A stretch of DNA of 60,078 bases, filler included, from Dugesia japonica (lineage: Eukaryota): assembly GCA_001938525.1 (NCBI GenBank). It is 4 parts of 4 records of this genome, joined end to end, with 100 filler letters (N's around TTAATTAATTAA, not from the genome) between each part and the next. Parts side by side here need not be neighbours in the genome. Positions count along the whole stretch, not along the records: positions 33,235 to 48,344 come from MQRL01646621.1; positions 48,445 to 60,078 come from MQRL01625844.1; 2 more parts are not named here. One strand, 5' to 3'. A model generated the notes under the pieces. The model was not told the origin of the DNA. It did no database searches and saw nothing but the letters and a program-made list of their open reading frames with translations. The translations under genes were made by a program, and so were the position numbers. Shown here piece by piece: positions 39,734-52,469 of the stretch (positions are counted from its first letter, which is position 1; each line of letters begins with the position of its first letter).

Positions 39734-42104
39734 ATTGGGGTATCACCTGAGTTGTCATGGCGACTGGGGAAATATCAGCCCTCATGGGACCCCTCCAAGA
39801 ATTTATCTAATGCCCTTTATTAGGTCTTCGGTATAGAGTCGTTGACTCCCAACACTTACTTGAGAGCTCACTCGTACACTTTTAGTTTGGGTTCATTATT
39901 TTTTCCTTATTATACCATTATAAATCAACAATATTTTAGAATTAATTATTTATATTTATCTACACGAAATTAAGAGCACCCGTGTCTAACCACTGGGTAG
40001 GCTCTACAGGGGCGAATCCAAAAGCTTCTTCGTCATCCTCAGTATTCCAGCGAGTCCATGTCTCTCGCTCAAGACGGTGGGAAAAATCGGCAATTTATTG
40101 TTCCAGAAATCAATTTTTGCGGGTGAGTATCTGGCTGGATTGTTTCGCTATTTCATCTTGTTTCTTCACAATGATATCCAATTTTTTAATTAACTGGTTA
40201 CGCTGAGTGAGATGCCTTAATAGCGCGCGCTCATTTTGGCGTTTGATATGTCTTTCCAGTAATAAGTTTTGAATTAAGCGGCGACACCTACGAAGACTGA
40301 TAAGAAGACGAATTCGTGGCACAAAAAACGAATTAGAATTAGGAGATAGCTCAATCACTATTAATATTTAATTAGCAGTAGAATCCTTAAAATAAACATA
40401 AACGAACGACAAGTAAGTCAATATAAAGCGAAAAGATTTTTAATTACAATATTAAATGAATATAAGAGGTCATGGCCGTGAGGTTTGTGTGCCCTTATCA
40501 ACCATTAATGATTCGAGCGGCATGGCATTCTGTAAGGTAAGAATAACGGCGACCAGTTTATTCTCACGGTCATAGAAGGACCGGATAATTTCTGCGAACG
40601 ATTCGATTTGACTTTTCTATAACCGTTTCTGGTGATAGATTGCCTCGGCCTCTTTTTGGAATGCTATATACTTGGCTTTATAGCGTTTTACCTTACCGTC
40701 GGCTGTTCCTGTATCTGCCTTCCAACGACGGTTGGCGAGGCGACACAGATCCCACGTCATTTTGGTGTCATTGCTCGTTTCTCTTACCTTTTTGGTTGGA
40801 GCGGACAATCGATTTAGTGATTGATGCACTGAAAAAAAAAGACATCAATAGTTACAGAAAGGCAAAGATAAAATAATGACCTAAACTCAAAATATTATTA
40901 TCCATGATAAGATAAATTAAAACCGATACCTAAAGACATCATTTACAACAAGAATACTTTTTATTAGTATTTACAAAAAGTCGCATAGTCAATTAAGACG
41001 CAGTAACATTATTGGTGGTGGTGTCAGAGTTTTCGGAACTGCCACCAGCTTTAGTATTCCTTACATTCCATAAATTGTCCAAAACGAAGGCACTCAAATT
41101 GGGATAAGGGAGAAGATGCTCAGTTGTCATGCTCACGACCGATGGAAATTCTGCCCATTCGCTTACCGTATGGAAATCCTCATTATAGATGGGTGGGAAA
41201 GCCGTGGCAGTATGTAACACTTCTCAAGCTCGATTGGGGCCGGACCAATCATAATAGACCTGGCGCTCAGTGACATCCAAGTACCTCTCTTCTTCTATTT
41301 CGATGGTAGTCAGGTTCGATCTGTCTACCAGAACCCCTGCCTTTCTGTCATAGGGATTCTTATACCGCTTAAAAACAGAACGGCCGGTTCTACGGTCGAG
41401 GAGAAAATTTCCTACTTGTATTCCACTAAAAAAATAGTGAAATGCTAAACGAATATTTATTGGTGATGATAATTTTAATCAATTGGGTCTAGGCATTAAA
41501 AGTTGATAGGTAGGAGATACAATACAGGTTTTAATTAACAACTATATTAATTCTACAGTACAAAGAAACAGTGATTAATATTCGAACATTGCTATAAAAT
41601 TAGTTTGATTCAATATCTAAGTCTACTATCAATGGTAGGGGATAAAATTCCAGGAAACATAGGAGGTCTAACTCATCCAGGTAGAGAACTATATCGGAAA
41701 AGAGTAAATGACCAATTAATTGTTTGCAGCGCACGGCTTTAACCGCAAGGCAGTTTTTAGTTCAGCAGACATAATCTAAAAAAAATAAAAATCATTGACC
41801 CGACTTACACCAGTAAATACATATGGTGTCATACTTTCGAACCCCTTAAGGAACATATACCCGATCCTACTTATTGTTATCGCCATGCGTCCATCAAAGA
41901 TAAAACCTAAAATTAGCCTAATGATGAGCATAACTATACGCCTGAATCGATAATAGAACCCTTAATCAAAAATTAAATAATAACCTCAGTGACCCTGTTG
42001 ATGGTAGTGACCATAATAAAGGTGATAGTCAAAATAATGATGATAATAATTATTTTAAATAATAAGAACAATAATGAAGATGACATTAATACACATGATT
42101 TTAT

Positions 42105-42130
42105 TGAATAATATTAATAATAATAATCAA

Positions 42131-42180
<50 letters not shown>

Positions 42181-42230
42181 NNNNNNNNNNNNNNNNNNNN
42201 NNNNNNNNNNNNNNNNNNNNNNNNNNNNNN

Positions 42231-42287
<57 letters not shown>
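42105..42287. repeat. (AAT)n microsatellite
   Basis: Directly visible. Confidence 0.97.
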
Positions 42288-42289
<2 letters not shown>

Positions 42290-44299
42290 CGATAGTGATA
42301 ATATCATTAACAAAACTAAAACCGTTAGAAACAGGATTATTAGCTAAAACTTGACATAATGAAATTTAATGATACAAATAACAAAATTGTCTCCAACCTA
42401 AAATTCATTATGACAAAAAATTCCACTTTAACCGGTTCAGGGACTTACAGTCTGTAAGTTGTAGGTGTCAATGCCATGATTAGACAAGGTAACGATTGAT
42501 GTTAAAGTAACAAGTTCATCTGAAAACAGGTACACCTATTATTTTCCTGTTTTCGTTTTAAACTTGATATTTCTCGGGTGTTATGACGAAGCAGAAACCA
42601 CGAGAACTAGTGACTGAAAATAATCCCATCTTCTAACAGAAGTGATTTCTGTTCAAATTGAGTCCCTCACGTGAGTAGGGCTTATTAATGATTTTGATGA
42701 TTCCCGAAATTCCACTAAATGAATATATATCCAATGATAAAGATAATGCAGAAAAACGATTTATTTGGAAGCACTTGTCCAGATACAATGATCAGCATTT
42801 TCTGGTTAAAACACTGGTGAACCGATTATCGAAAAAACAATTCTACACCTCATGATCGTAGTTCACAAAGATGTGATTATTTGTTAGATATTCGTGATAG
42901 TGAGACACTAATCGATATTGCGAGTGTGTTTGATGTTGAGTCAACAAATTCAAACTTTACTCTGCTCACTATACATATACTGTTCTTTGGATTGCCCATA
43001 CACACGGCTGTGACAATTGTCCTAATGTTGTTTTAACACATTATGAATTCTGGTAGATTCGTCTGAAGTCAAATCTGGTAGCTATTTGTGTGTGCATGGA
43101 TGGAATAACGAGGTAACTACTCAGGAATGGTATTATATCACGATGAATTCTTGCCTGACGGTAGGATAGATCAGCTTTCTCGATTATAGACTGACTTTCC
43201 AGGATTGACAGCTAGTTTGTTATTAGATGAGTATCGCCTCTAATTTAACACTCTTTATTATTTGTTAATCGGTTATCTCTATCCAACTATAATTTGAAGA
43301 AATCAGTTAATTTTATTATTTATAGAATTAAATGCATAATTAAAAATATCTACCATTCGGTCAATTATTTATTTAGCATTTTATTTAATCAAATTTAATT
43401 GTAAACATCCATAAGGTTTATTATTTAAGATAATTGAATTACACATTTAACACAAATAAAAGAATACACATTTCTTACTATTGTTAATCAGAACTCAGCA
43501 ATGGTTTTTTGTTCCACAATTCTTCTTTAATCGGTGAACTGGGTAAGATCCAAAGAAATTCTGAGATATATTTTTGGTGCTTTATCAAATAGTTAAATCA
43601 CGTCCATATTGAAAAGTTTTCATTACTCTTCCTGGTATTTTTCTTTCCACTAATGAAGTGATGTTTCCGAAATTTCGATATCAACGTAAAAATAGCTGTT
43701 TCTTGAAAAAAAGTGTAGTTTTGTTAGTGATTAAAAATTTGTAGTTGTTAGTTTTTTCTTCTAAATTTCGGGTGATTTTATACTATTTTCGATGCAACTC
43801 GGCACAATCTCCATAGGCCTTCTATTTGTGTTTTAAGTTCCTTGCTCATTCCCATTCCATTTTTTCTTACTAAAAGTCTCTGTGATTTTCCCGAGCAGAG
43901 ATATCTTCGAAAAACANNNNNNNNNNNNNNNNNNNNNNNNNNNNNNNNNNNNNNNNNNNNNNNNNNNNNNNNNNNNNNNNNNNNNNNNNNNNNNNNNNNN
44001 NNNNNGTTTTTTAATAATAAATTATTTTTCTTTTAATTAATATCCTTGATTAAAGATGATATTCCATCTATCCGATATCCTCTTTCTTCTTTTTGGCTTT
44101 TTCTTCCGATATTATTAATTATAGTAATTGTAAGTTTTAGCCACGTGGTGGTTAGTTTTAATTAGCTTTCTTTCGGTCATTTACTTTATTGTTTTATGAT
44201 TTGGGCCCCTGCCTTTGATTTTCTTCTACAACCGGGTGTTTCACCCCAAAAAATAATAATAATTTTTAGGTAATTTTTGAAATTCGTTAATTTTTTTAA

Positions 44300-45607
44300 A
44301 ATTTAATTCAATATCACAAAGTAAATATCACAAAGACTCCCATCTTTGAAGTTTTTTATATATATATTTTATCATTTAAATATCACAATTACTCCCTTTT
44401 TTGAAGTTTTTAATAGTTATATTTTATCATGTAAATATCCCAAATATAGGAAATCCCCATGCAAACTATTAAGACTGCTCCATCCCATGCAAAATATCAA
44501 GACTGTCGGATATCTTGAATTAATATAGAGACTGTCCATACCATGTAAAATATAGATTCTGACCATGCCATTGCATAAATACCATGTAAAATATAGAGAC
44601 CTCGCAAAATATCGAGACAGCCCCATCTCATACATAAATATAAAATCTGCTCAAAAAAAATTTAATGAAAGTAAAAAATTTCTCCCAAAAAGAAATTTTA
44701 AATTACCCGCCAAAATTTTTTTAAATTTCTCTTCAAAAAATTCAAAAATTACTAAGATTACACTCTTCCCTGTTCAAAAAATATTAAAAACAATCCTTCC
44801 CTGTTCAAAAATACTCAAAAAATACTCAAAAATACATCATTTTTACAAAAATACCATTAGTTTCTATAAATTTATCATTTTAAGCAAAATACAGCATTTT
44901 ACAGAAAATAAAGATTTCAAAAGATTATTACTTCATACACACCAGGCAGAAAATTTCAAATAAATCTTATAAAATCTGATAATTAATTTTCTTTCTACCC
45001 ATACTACTCTCCCCCTCCTAAAAATTTTTTTACACACTTATACCACTTAAAAATCAACCAATCAAATTCAAGCACTTAAAATCAAAAATCAAAGCACATT
45101 CGACAAACAACATCTTCCCAATTACCTATCCAACAAACCATTAACCACTAAAATCCATCAAACCCATACAAACCTACACCCTTTAAGAAATCACTCACGA
45201 TAACAAATATAATTGTGCCCGTGAGCCACTACCCTTCTAGGAAAAACCATCCATTCGACCTCATAAGTCCTTTTGACAATTTATAACCGAATTTTTATCC
45301 AAACACAACCAAATTTTAAAAACCACGAAAAAATTTATTCCAAGATCTCCAGCTTTCCCTCGAGTTCAATTTCCTTCTTACACTCACACACATATACAAT
45401 TTAAACTTGAGCTACTTTTTAAAAACCCACTTAGAAACCCAAATACACAAATTTTTAAAATCAAAAAAATCTGATCCTATCAAAACATTTTTGATCCTAA
45501 AAATCTTAGAAAAAAACCCCCTAAATTGTAGCACAATCTTACGTTTTACCGAGCCCCTTCTTGGGGTATCCCCTCAAATTGTGCCCGTGCGCCACTATCT
45601 ATCTACT
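44300..45607 (-). mobile_element. Right end/TIR of a Polinton-like element
   Basis: Ends AATTGTGCCCGTGCGCCACTATCTATCTACT at 45607 and is the inverted homologue of 59844-60078. Internal copy of the subterminal motif at 45211; truncates env2. Inner boundary uncertain. Confidence 0.7.
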
Positions 45608-46745
45608 AACAACATTGGGGTAACAAGATTCGGATTCACTATCGATATTGCTAATCGATTTTGATTATTTCTGTACTCCATTTGCACTCATTAAAGACGA
45701 CTTCATGATAAATTTCCTCCATTTGCTATAACAAACTATGATAGATGAAATCAACCTTATTATTTGCATAGTTTATTATTTTTATATCATTAGTATTTAA
45801 TTGTGTAGATTTAGGGATATTTATTTTTCCCAAATAATTTTTTTCATAAACAAGATAGTCACATTTCGTTGTGGAAACTTTCTTGATAAGTCGAATTGCA
45901 TCCTTGGTGTCGGTTGATACTAATACAATTGGAGTACTCTCTTCTCCGATTCTCTCTTTGCTGCCTACTTGCTTTTTATTTAACTTTTTTACTTTTTGAT
46001 TGTCCATTAATCTGGATCTTTTTACTTCTGTTTTTTCTCTAGTTCTCTTTTTTTGCGTCAAAGACAGCTTTTTTAATAATGTCAATTCACAAAAATCGCG
46101 TCTTTCATCATTTAGAAGTGTAGCGAACCCCCTTCGACAGCTAGAAAACCGTGCATTGCAATGGGGATTTCCCACCATATTTCCTGTTTCCACTTCGAAT
46201 ATGCCTTCATATTCTCTCAATTTGACTGTTTAATTCTCTAAATCAACTACTCGATTTACCAAATTATTTTGCTTTGTTTTTGATCGCCAGTACAATCACA
46301 GTCTTCATCAATTGTTCCTCCTCTAATAACTGCTTCTGCCAGTATCTTTCTGAATTCTGCTGCTAACGTCACTTCAATATCGAATTTTAATTTTCCTGTT
46401 CGAAAAGCGTCTAAACTATCATCTGGTAATATGCTTACTAGCTTTGATATAAGCTTAGCTGATAATATAGCTGCATAACTATGCGTTCCACAATATTATT
46501 TGAACACCACTTTTTGGACTCTAAAATCTCTCTCACCTTAGTTCTGTAATACTTTTACTTGATAGATATAATATAAAGATGGCTTGATAATATCTAATCT
46601 ATCTGTATAAGCTTCATTGCAATCTACTACATCTACTAATGAATATATACCTGATGGGATAGGATTCTTACAATCATATGCTAACAAACTCGGTTTGATT
46701 TATTAATCCTAACATCATCAAAATCAATAATATGATTTGAGTTGA
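45608..46745 (-). pseudogene. env: Second chuvirus-like/gB-type glycoprotein (env2), 3' truncated
   Basis: QIILLILMMLG signal, LLAYDCKNP...SLVDVVDCNEAY, YCGTHSY...KLVSILPDD, STDTKDAIRLIKK...KC, NNKVDFIYH, VNPNLVTPML; collinear with the env at 25015. Confidence 0.8.
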
Positions 46746-48300
46746 ATTTTCGATTCCTGAACTAGTTAAACGAAATGATCTCGGATTGAATTCATACCTC
46801 GGAATTTCACCGTTATTTAATAGAAATTCAAATCTATTTCCATCCAACTGGAGGATTCGATCCAAGTTTTGAATCTTTATTCGAATACTGACCTAAACTT
46901 TAAAACTTTAGCTTGCACTTTGCGAATATATCATTGGCTGCATTTGCTAAGGCATTTCAAATCATAAGAGCTAAGGCAGTCATAGCTCGCCCTGTTGTAA
47001 CTCCTTGTGCGGCCAAAGTATGAATAGTATTTTTTTTACTTTAACGCGGTAGTTTCTTTGGTAACCGTTTGATGAGTGTCTTTAGCAATAAGGTTAGCTT
47101 ACTCATCCCAATCTCCAGATTTCTCAATTTTCAATTCTGGCTTCATTTGTCGAATTATTTGCATGATTTTGCTACCTGTTTCGGGTAGCGTTGACCCATC
47201 TATTTCATTTTCTAAATTAATTTCATTGATTATATTTTCTAATGCTTTAACTCTTATTTCTCTATCAACCGTTTCATTCACCCGTTCGATATTAGTGCTC
47301 CTTTTAGGTCTACCTCTTCTTGTAACTCTTGGTTGATTTGTCTCCCTTGGAGCGCTAGATTTTAAAACTTCTGCATCTATTCCTGAATTTTGGACTGGAC
47401 AGGGATCTAATTCTTCTTCCACAAATATTTTTCATGGTACATTTGGTGCATTATCTCCTTTCGCAGCATTTACATTTACTTGGGGGTCATATTTCCCATT
47501 ATTATTTCAAATACTGTTACTGAATTCTGCTGAGTAAACTCCGCTATAACCTCTGGCAAACTCAACATTTTCCAGTAATAATCAGCTCCTTCTATTGTCA
47601 ATACTGATGTTATAGTAGTCTGTCATGGCAAACAACCGACATCTACTAAATATTCGTCATAATCAACTTGATTTCCCAAAATCACTATGAAAGAAGAGCT
47701 TGGAAATCTGATTCCAATATCCATTCTCAATTTCAACACCTTCTGATTACAATAATATCTTTTCACTTCCGGTATCTCCTGATCTGGTTTTCTTGTTTCC
47801 ACTTAGAAATGACTCTGTCTTTTTGGATCTTGCCTAATTACTTGACCATTTTCAACATTCGAATTTCTTTTTGGTAACTACTTGGCTTACTTGCCAGATG
47901 GTAGTATTAATGGTACTATTTCCTTTAAAGCATCTGTTGGAATGTTCAATGACAATGTCCAACTCAAAATATCTTTAATATTTTCATTGTTTCTTGGATT
48001 TGATTGGATTTCTCTTTGCAACCGCCATGGAATTCTGTTTTCACATTTGGCAGAATGCCGTAAAACAGAATAATCGTTTCTCTATTTTATTTCTCATTGA
48101 ACAAATATAGTTCAAATTCTCTGCGTTTTACTCCCTTTAAATGTGTTGTCAACCTAGCTACTAGTTCACGCACCTTTATTTCAGTAACTACATTCACCCC
48201 TTTCGTCATGTGTATAACTACTTGTGCATTTCTCAAATCCCAATCATGATGCAATTTGTTGCCTATTTTACGACAAATTTCTGCAATTGGTTTAAAATAA
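46746..48300 (-). pseudogene. Pre-Env domain X homologue
   Basis: KVLKLR...SFIVIL...DEYLVDVGCLP at 47626-47658; no pol motifs seen. Confidence 0.6.
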
Positions 48301-48344
48301 ATAATTAAGATACAATAAAAATTGCAAATAATAAAATGTTTAGT

Positions 48345-48444
48345 NNNNNNNNNNNNNNNNNNNNNNNNNNNNNNNNNNNNNNNNNNNNTTAATTAATTAA
48401 NNNNNNNNNNNNNNNNNNNNNNNNNNNNNNNNNNNNNNNNNNNN
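48345..48444. other. Artificial scaffold spacer N44-TTAATTAATTAA-N44
   Basis: Same 100-nt linker. Confidence 0.95.
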
Positions 48445-50075
48445 AAATTTATTCTCTTCAGTAATTGGTAGTCTTTTATGGATGATGGTCTCATAATTAT
48501 TCAGATGTTCAGATGTTCTTTTCTTTATTTTTATTATTAATATCACAGTTATGAAATGATTTGTTAGATATAATAAGAATTTATTTCTTGATTCTGTTTT
48601 GTTATTTTTTGTTTATTAGCTTTTGTTTCCAAAATTGATTATATATTATTAATATTGATATAATGCTTGTTGATATCATCATGGTTGTTAATTTTTCATA
48701 TTGTTTCTTGATTCCAGTTCTTTTTGCCAGTTTCTCAACTTTTAACTTAGTAATTGAATCTCCATTTTTATTAATTTTTATAGTAATTTCCTTTTTAGTG
48801 TTTTCAATAATATCAGTCATTACATCATGATTCTCTAATTTCATTTTTGTAATCAAATCTTCTTTTCCATTGGCTCCAATACTTTTTTCGTAGTCATAAT
48901 TGTTGTCAGTGTTGCAGTGCTAAGTTTTAATTCCAGCAGTAAAAGTTTCATTTTCGTTAATAGCATCATAATGCTCAGTTTTCATTTTAATAAAAGAATC
49001 TCTGTTAAAAAAACGTTTTGTTTCGTCTGCACTTGTTATAATTTTAGAGTTCTCATTCTTGTCTTTATTGCTTTCATTTTAAGTATTCTGTTTTATGTCC
49101 TTTGTTAAATTTTATTGGCAGAGAGTATCTAAGAAATTATTTAAATTAACATCAAAATTTGGNNNNNNNNNNNNNNNNNNNNNNNNNNNNNNNNNNNNNN
49201 NNNNNNNNNNNNNNNNNNNNNNNNNNNNNNNNNNNNNTATCTCTTTCACATTAATTGAATCAAAAATAAATCTATTTAACTTGTCATTTTGCTAACAAAT
49301 CTTCTTATTACCATCTGTTTCCAATTTTTGAATATTTATTCTCATAGTTTTTATTTCACATCGTGTTTTCATCCTTTGAATTTCAATTTTTAGGAAATCC
49401 ATTTCAGCCTTTCTATCATATTCTATGTCACATGTTTTGAGAAATGTATGTTTCTTAATCCAGCATGCTTCTTTAAAAGATGCACAATCTCTACTGTCAT
49501 TACGTTGAATGTATTTGTTGTTACCCATTATATTCTTATTACAAAAATGAGTTATTATCTTTTTCTTTTTCGGCTGCTTTCATTACAAGGATTGCTATAA
49601 TCTTGGTCGAAAGCAACAAGGTCTCTATTCTCATTAATTTTGTTATTGTTCTTATTGTAACAATATAATTANGATTATTATTATCATAAAAAATTAAATA
49701 TTTTCAAAATTACGAAAATAAACTAAGGCGTAAATCAAAAAAGTTTTAAAAAAATGTTTCTTTTTAAAATTTTTATTAAAGTAACAAAATCTTTTTCAAA
49801 AAACATTTTTTATTTTTTCAAAATTTTCGAATTTATCTTCTTCAGGAATTGTCGATAAATTTCATATTCGTATAATCGTATACATTATTATTATTTTTAA
49901 ATCTTTTATTATTATTACTTGTGTAGTAATTTCTGTGTTTTTCTCTACAATTATGGTTATTGTTTTCATTTTGATCTCTTCAATTATGTTGAGCATTTTA
50001 AGTGTCAATACTGATTTGTATCTTGAACTTTAATTTTATACTTTGCTTCTATTTAGTATCAGTAAATGGATAGTA

Positions 50076-50464
50076 AGTAGATAGATAGGAGGACACGAGG
50101 ACAAAGTAGGTCAAAGGGGGGACCCCCCGTTGCCATGGTAGCCAATGTAGGTCAAGGTCGTTTCAATGGCAACCGCCTTAGCAACGGTATCTAGGTTATT
50201 TGGTTACCATGGCAACCGTCCTTATCGATGGAAACTAGGTCAAGGTCGTTTCCAAAAAAGTTGCTATGGAAACGACCTTGACCTACATTGGTTGCCAGGG
50301 AAACGACCTTGGCCTACATTGGTTGCCATGGTAACGGGGGGTCCCCCCTTTGACCTACTTTGTNNNNNNNNNNNNNNNNNNNNNNNNNNNNNNNNNNNNN
50401 NNNNNNNNNNNNNGGGGTCCCCCCTTTGACCTACTTTGTCCTCGTGTCCTCCTATCTATCTACT
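50076..50464. mobile_element. Non-autonomous mini-Polinton-like element (MITE), about 313 bp after removing the gap overlap
   Basis: Perfect TIR of about 50 bp (about 90 bp imperfect), AGTAGATAGATAGG...CCTATCTATCTACT, flanked by ATAGTA at 50070-50075 and 50465-50470. AG..CT ends with a 6-bp TSD are Polinton hallmarks. Confidence 0.8.
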
Positions 50465-50734
50465 ATAGTAGCTTCCCGCACCACGCACACATTCACCAAG
50501 CATCCCCATAGTGACGTAATGAAATTTAATCCTAATACATTTAGTTAGGAATTTAAAAATTGCATCATTAGGTAACTTAATTTGGGGTGATTTTTCCCTG
50601 TGCATTTAGTTGGAAAAATTTTTTGCACACAAATGATGTCATACGATTAATTTCATCATCGAGATTTTTACGTAATAGGATTAATTGGGATGATTTTTTC
50701 ACTGTGTATTTAGTTGGAAAATTTTTGTAGGTTT

Positions 50735-52020
50735 TTAAGGTTCAGGTGAATTCGGTCTGAAATTTTCTCGGTGAGATCGAATGTGGTCAATTTTTGACTT
50801 GTTTAGATGAAATTGATCTAATTTTTCCTCGGGATTGGTAATTTTTGGGTGAATTGAGTCCAATTTTTCATCGGTTTTGGTCAGTTTGGGTACTTTTTGG
50901 GCGATTCTGTCAATTTTTGGTTGGTTCAGGTGAATTTGGTTGACAATTTCCATGGCGAGGTCGAATATAACCAATTTTTTCGCTGGTTCAGGTGAATTTG
51001 TACCAATATTTTCTCGGGATTACTCGGTTTGTGTAATTTCTGTGTGAATTTGATCGAATATTTCCTCGGGAATGGTTAATTTGGTCTACAATTGGCTCGG
51101 TGAGGTTAATTAAGGTATATTTTTGGATGGTTCAAGTGAATTTGCTTGATAATTTGTTCGCTTAGATTGAATGAGGTCAATTTTTGATTGGTTCAGGTAA
51201 ATTTGGTGGAATATTTCCTCGAGTTTGAGCAGTTTGGGTAAAGTTGGTTGGGTTTAGGTAATTTTTGGGTGATTCGGTTAAATATTTCCATTGTATTAGT
51301 AATTTTTGAGTGATTGGGTTGAATTCTTTTTAGAGAATAGTAAAGTTGGTTCGGTTTTGAACAACTTAGTCAATTATTTACTCGGTTTAGTCAATATTGG
51401 TTAATTATNTCCTTGGGAATGGAAAGTATAGGTAATTTTTGTAATTCAGTAAAGATTTTCCTCGGAATGGAAAAATTTGGGTGATTTTTGGGTGGATTTG
51501 GTAAATTATTTCGTCGGGTTTGGTCAAATTGGGTCATTTTGGATAATTTGGTCAATTATTAACTCAGTGCTCAGATTTTGGTTGATAGTGTTCAGAGATT
51601 GCTTGACATTGCTCAGATTTTGGTTGATAGTGCTTAGAGTTTGGATGGTTATGGTCCATTATTCATTCATAAGGATAATTTTTCGATGAATCGGGGTAGC
51701 AATTTCTTTGGTAATGGTAATTTGGTCAATTATTTCATTTAAATTAGTTAATCTCATATGATAAAAATACAAGTCGCAGGCTGACAGTGGTCAGAAATTG
51801 GTTCACAATGGTCAGAGATTGGTCGACAGAGCTCAAATTTTAGTTGACAGTGCTCAGAGTTCGGTTGACAGTGCTCAGACTTTGGATGGTTATGGTGAAT
51901 TATTTACTCACAAGGCTAATTTTTCAATGATTTGGGGTAATAATTTTGTTGGTAATGGTGATTTGGTCAATTATTTTATTTAAATTAGTTAATCTCATAT
52001 GATGACAATACAAGTCGTTC
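50735..52020. repeat. Degenerate 21-bp-unit minisatellite with a 240-bp higher-order duplication
   Basis: GGTTCAGGTGAATTTG and TTGGTCAATT units; the block ending TACAAGTCG repeats at 51776 and 52016. Confidence 0.7.
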
Positions 52021-52469
52021 CCGGTTAAATTAAAAATTAGTTGACCTTAATTAAAAAAATGTTAATCAATTTTATGTTTTATAAAAAACTTTAATGTTGA
52101 TTGAGCATTTCATCGATAAAGTTGATTATAATTAATTAGGACAATTATTGGTTATTTTTTAGTATATTCAGCCAGTTTTCAATGGTTTTAGTTGAATATT
52201 TTCTCAATGAGATCAAATTTGATCAATTTTTAGTCAGTTACGGCCTATTTGTTAAGGAATTTCTTAATAATGATCTATTTACTAAGGAATTTCATTGGTC
52301 AAATTTAAATTTTCAACAATTAATTAGTTGCTCCTATTGATTTTTAACATTTATAGTTATAAGTTGATAAAAAAAAGTAAATAAATAACAAATAATAGTT
52401 AATTATTTTCATACATTATTTTCAATAATAGTTTGTTTTCTTTCCATATTATTACATTAACTCATCCGG

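Noticed and set aside
48445-50060. Lys/Ile-rich minus-strand ORFs as a gene
   Set aside because: They are fragmentary and low complexity with no recognisable motif, so a gene call cannot be supported.
50076-50464. Parvovirus/densovirus terminal hairpin or CRISPR-like array
   Set aside because: There are no adjacent NS1, capsid or cas genes and no repeat-spacer periodicity. The 6-bp TSD and AG..CT ends fit a transposon.
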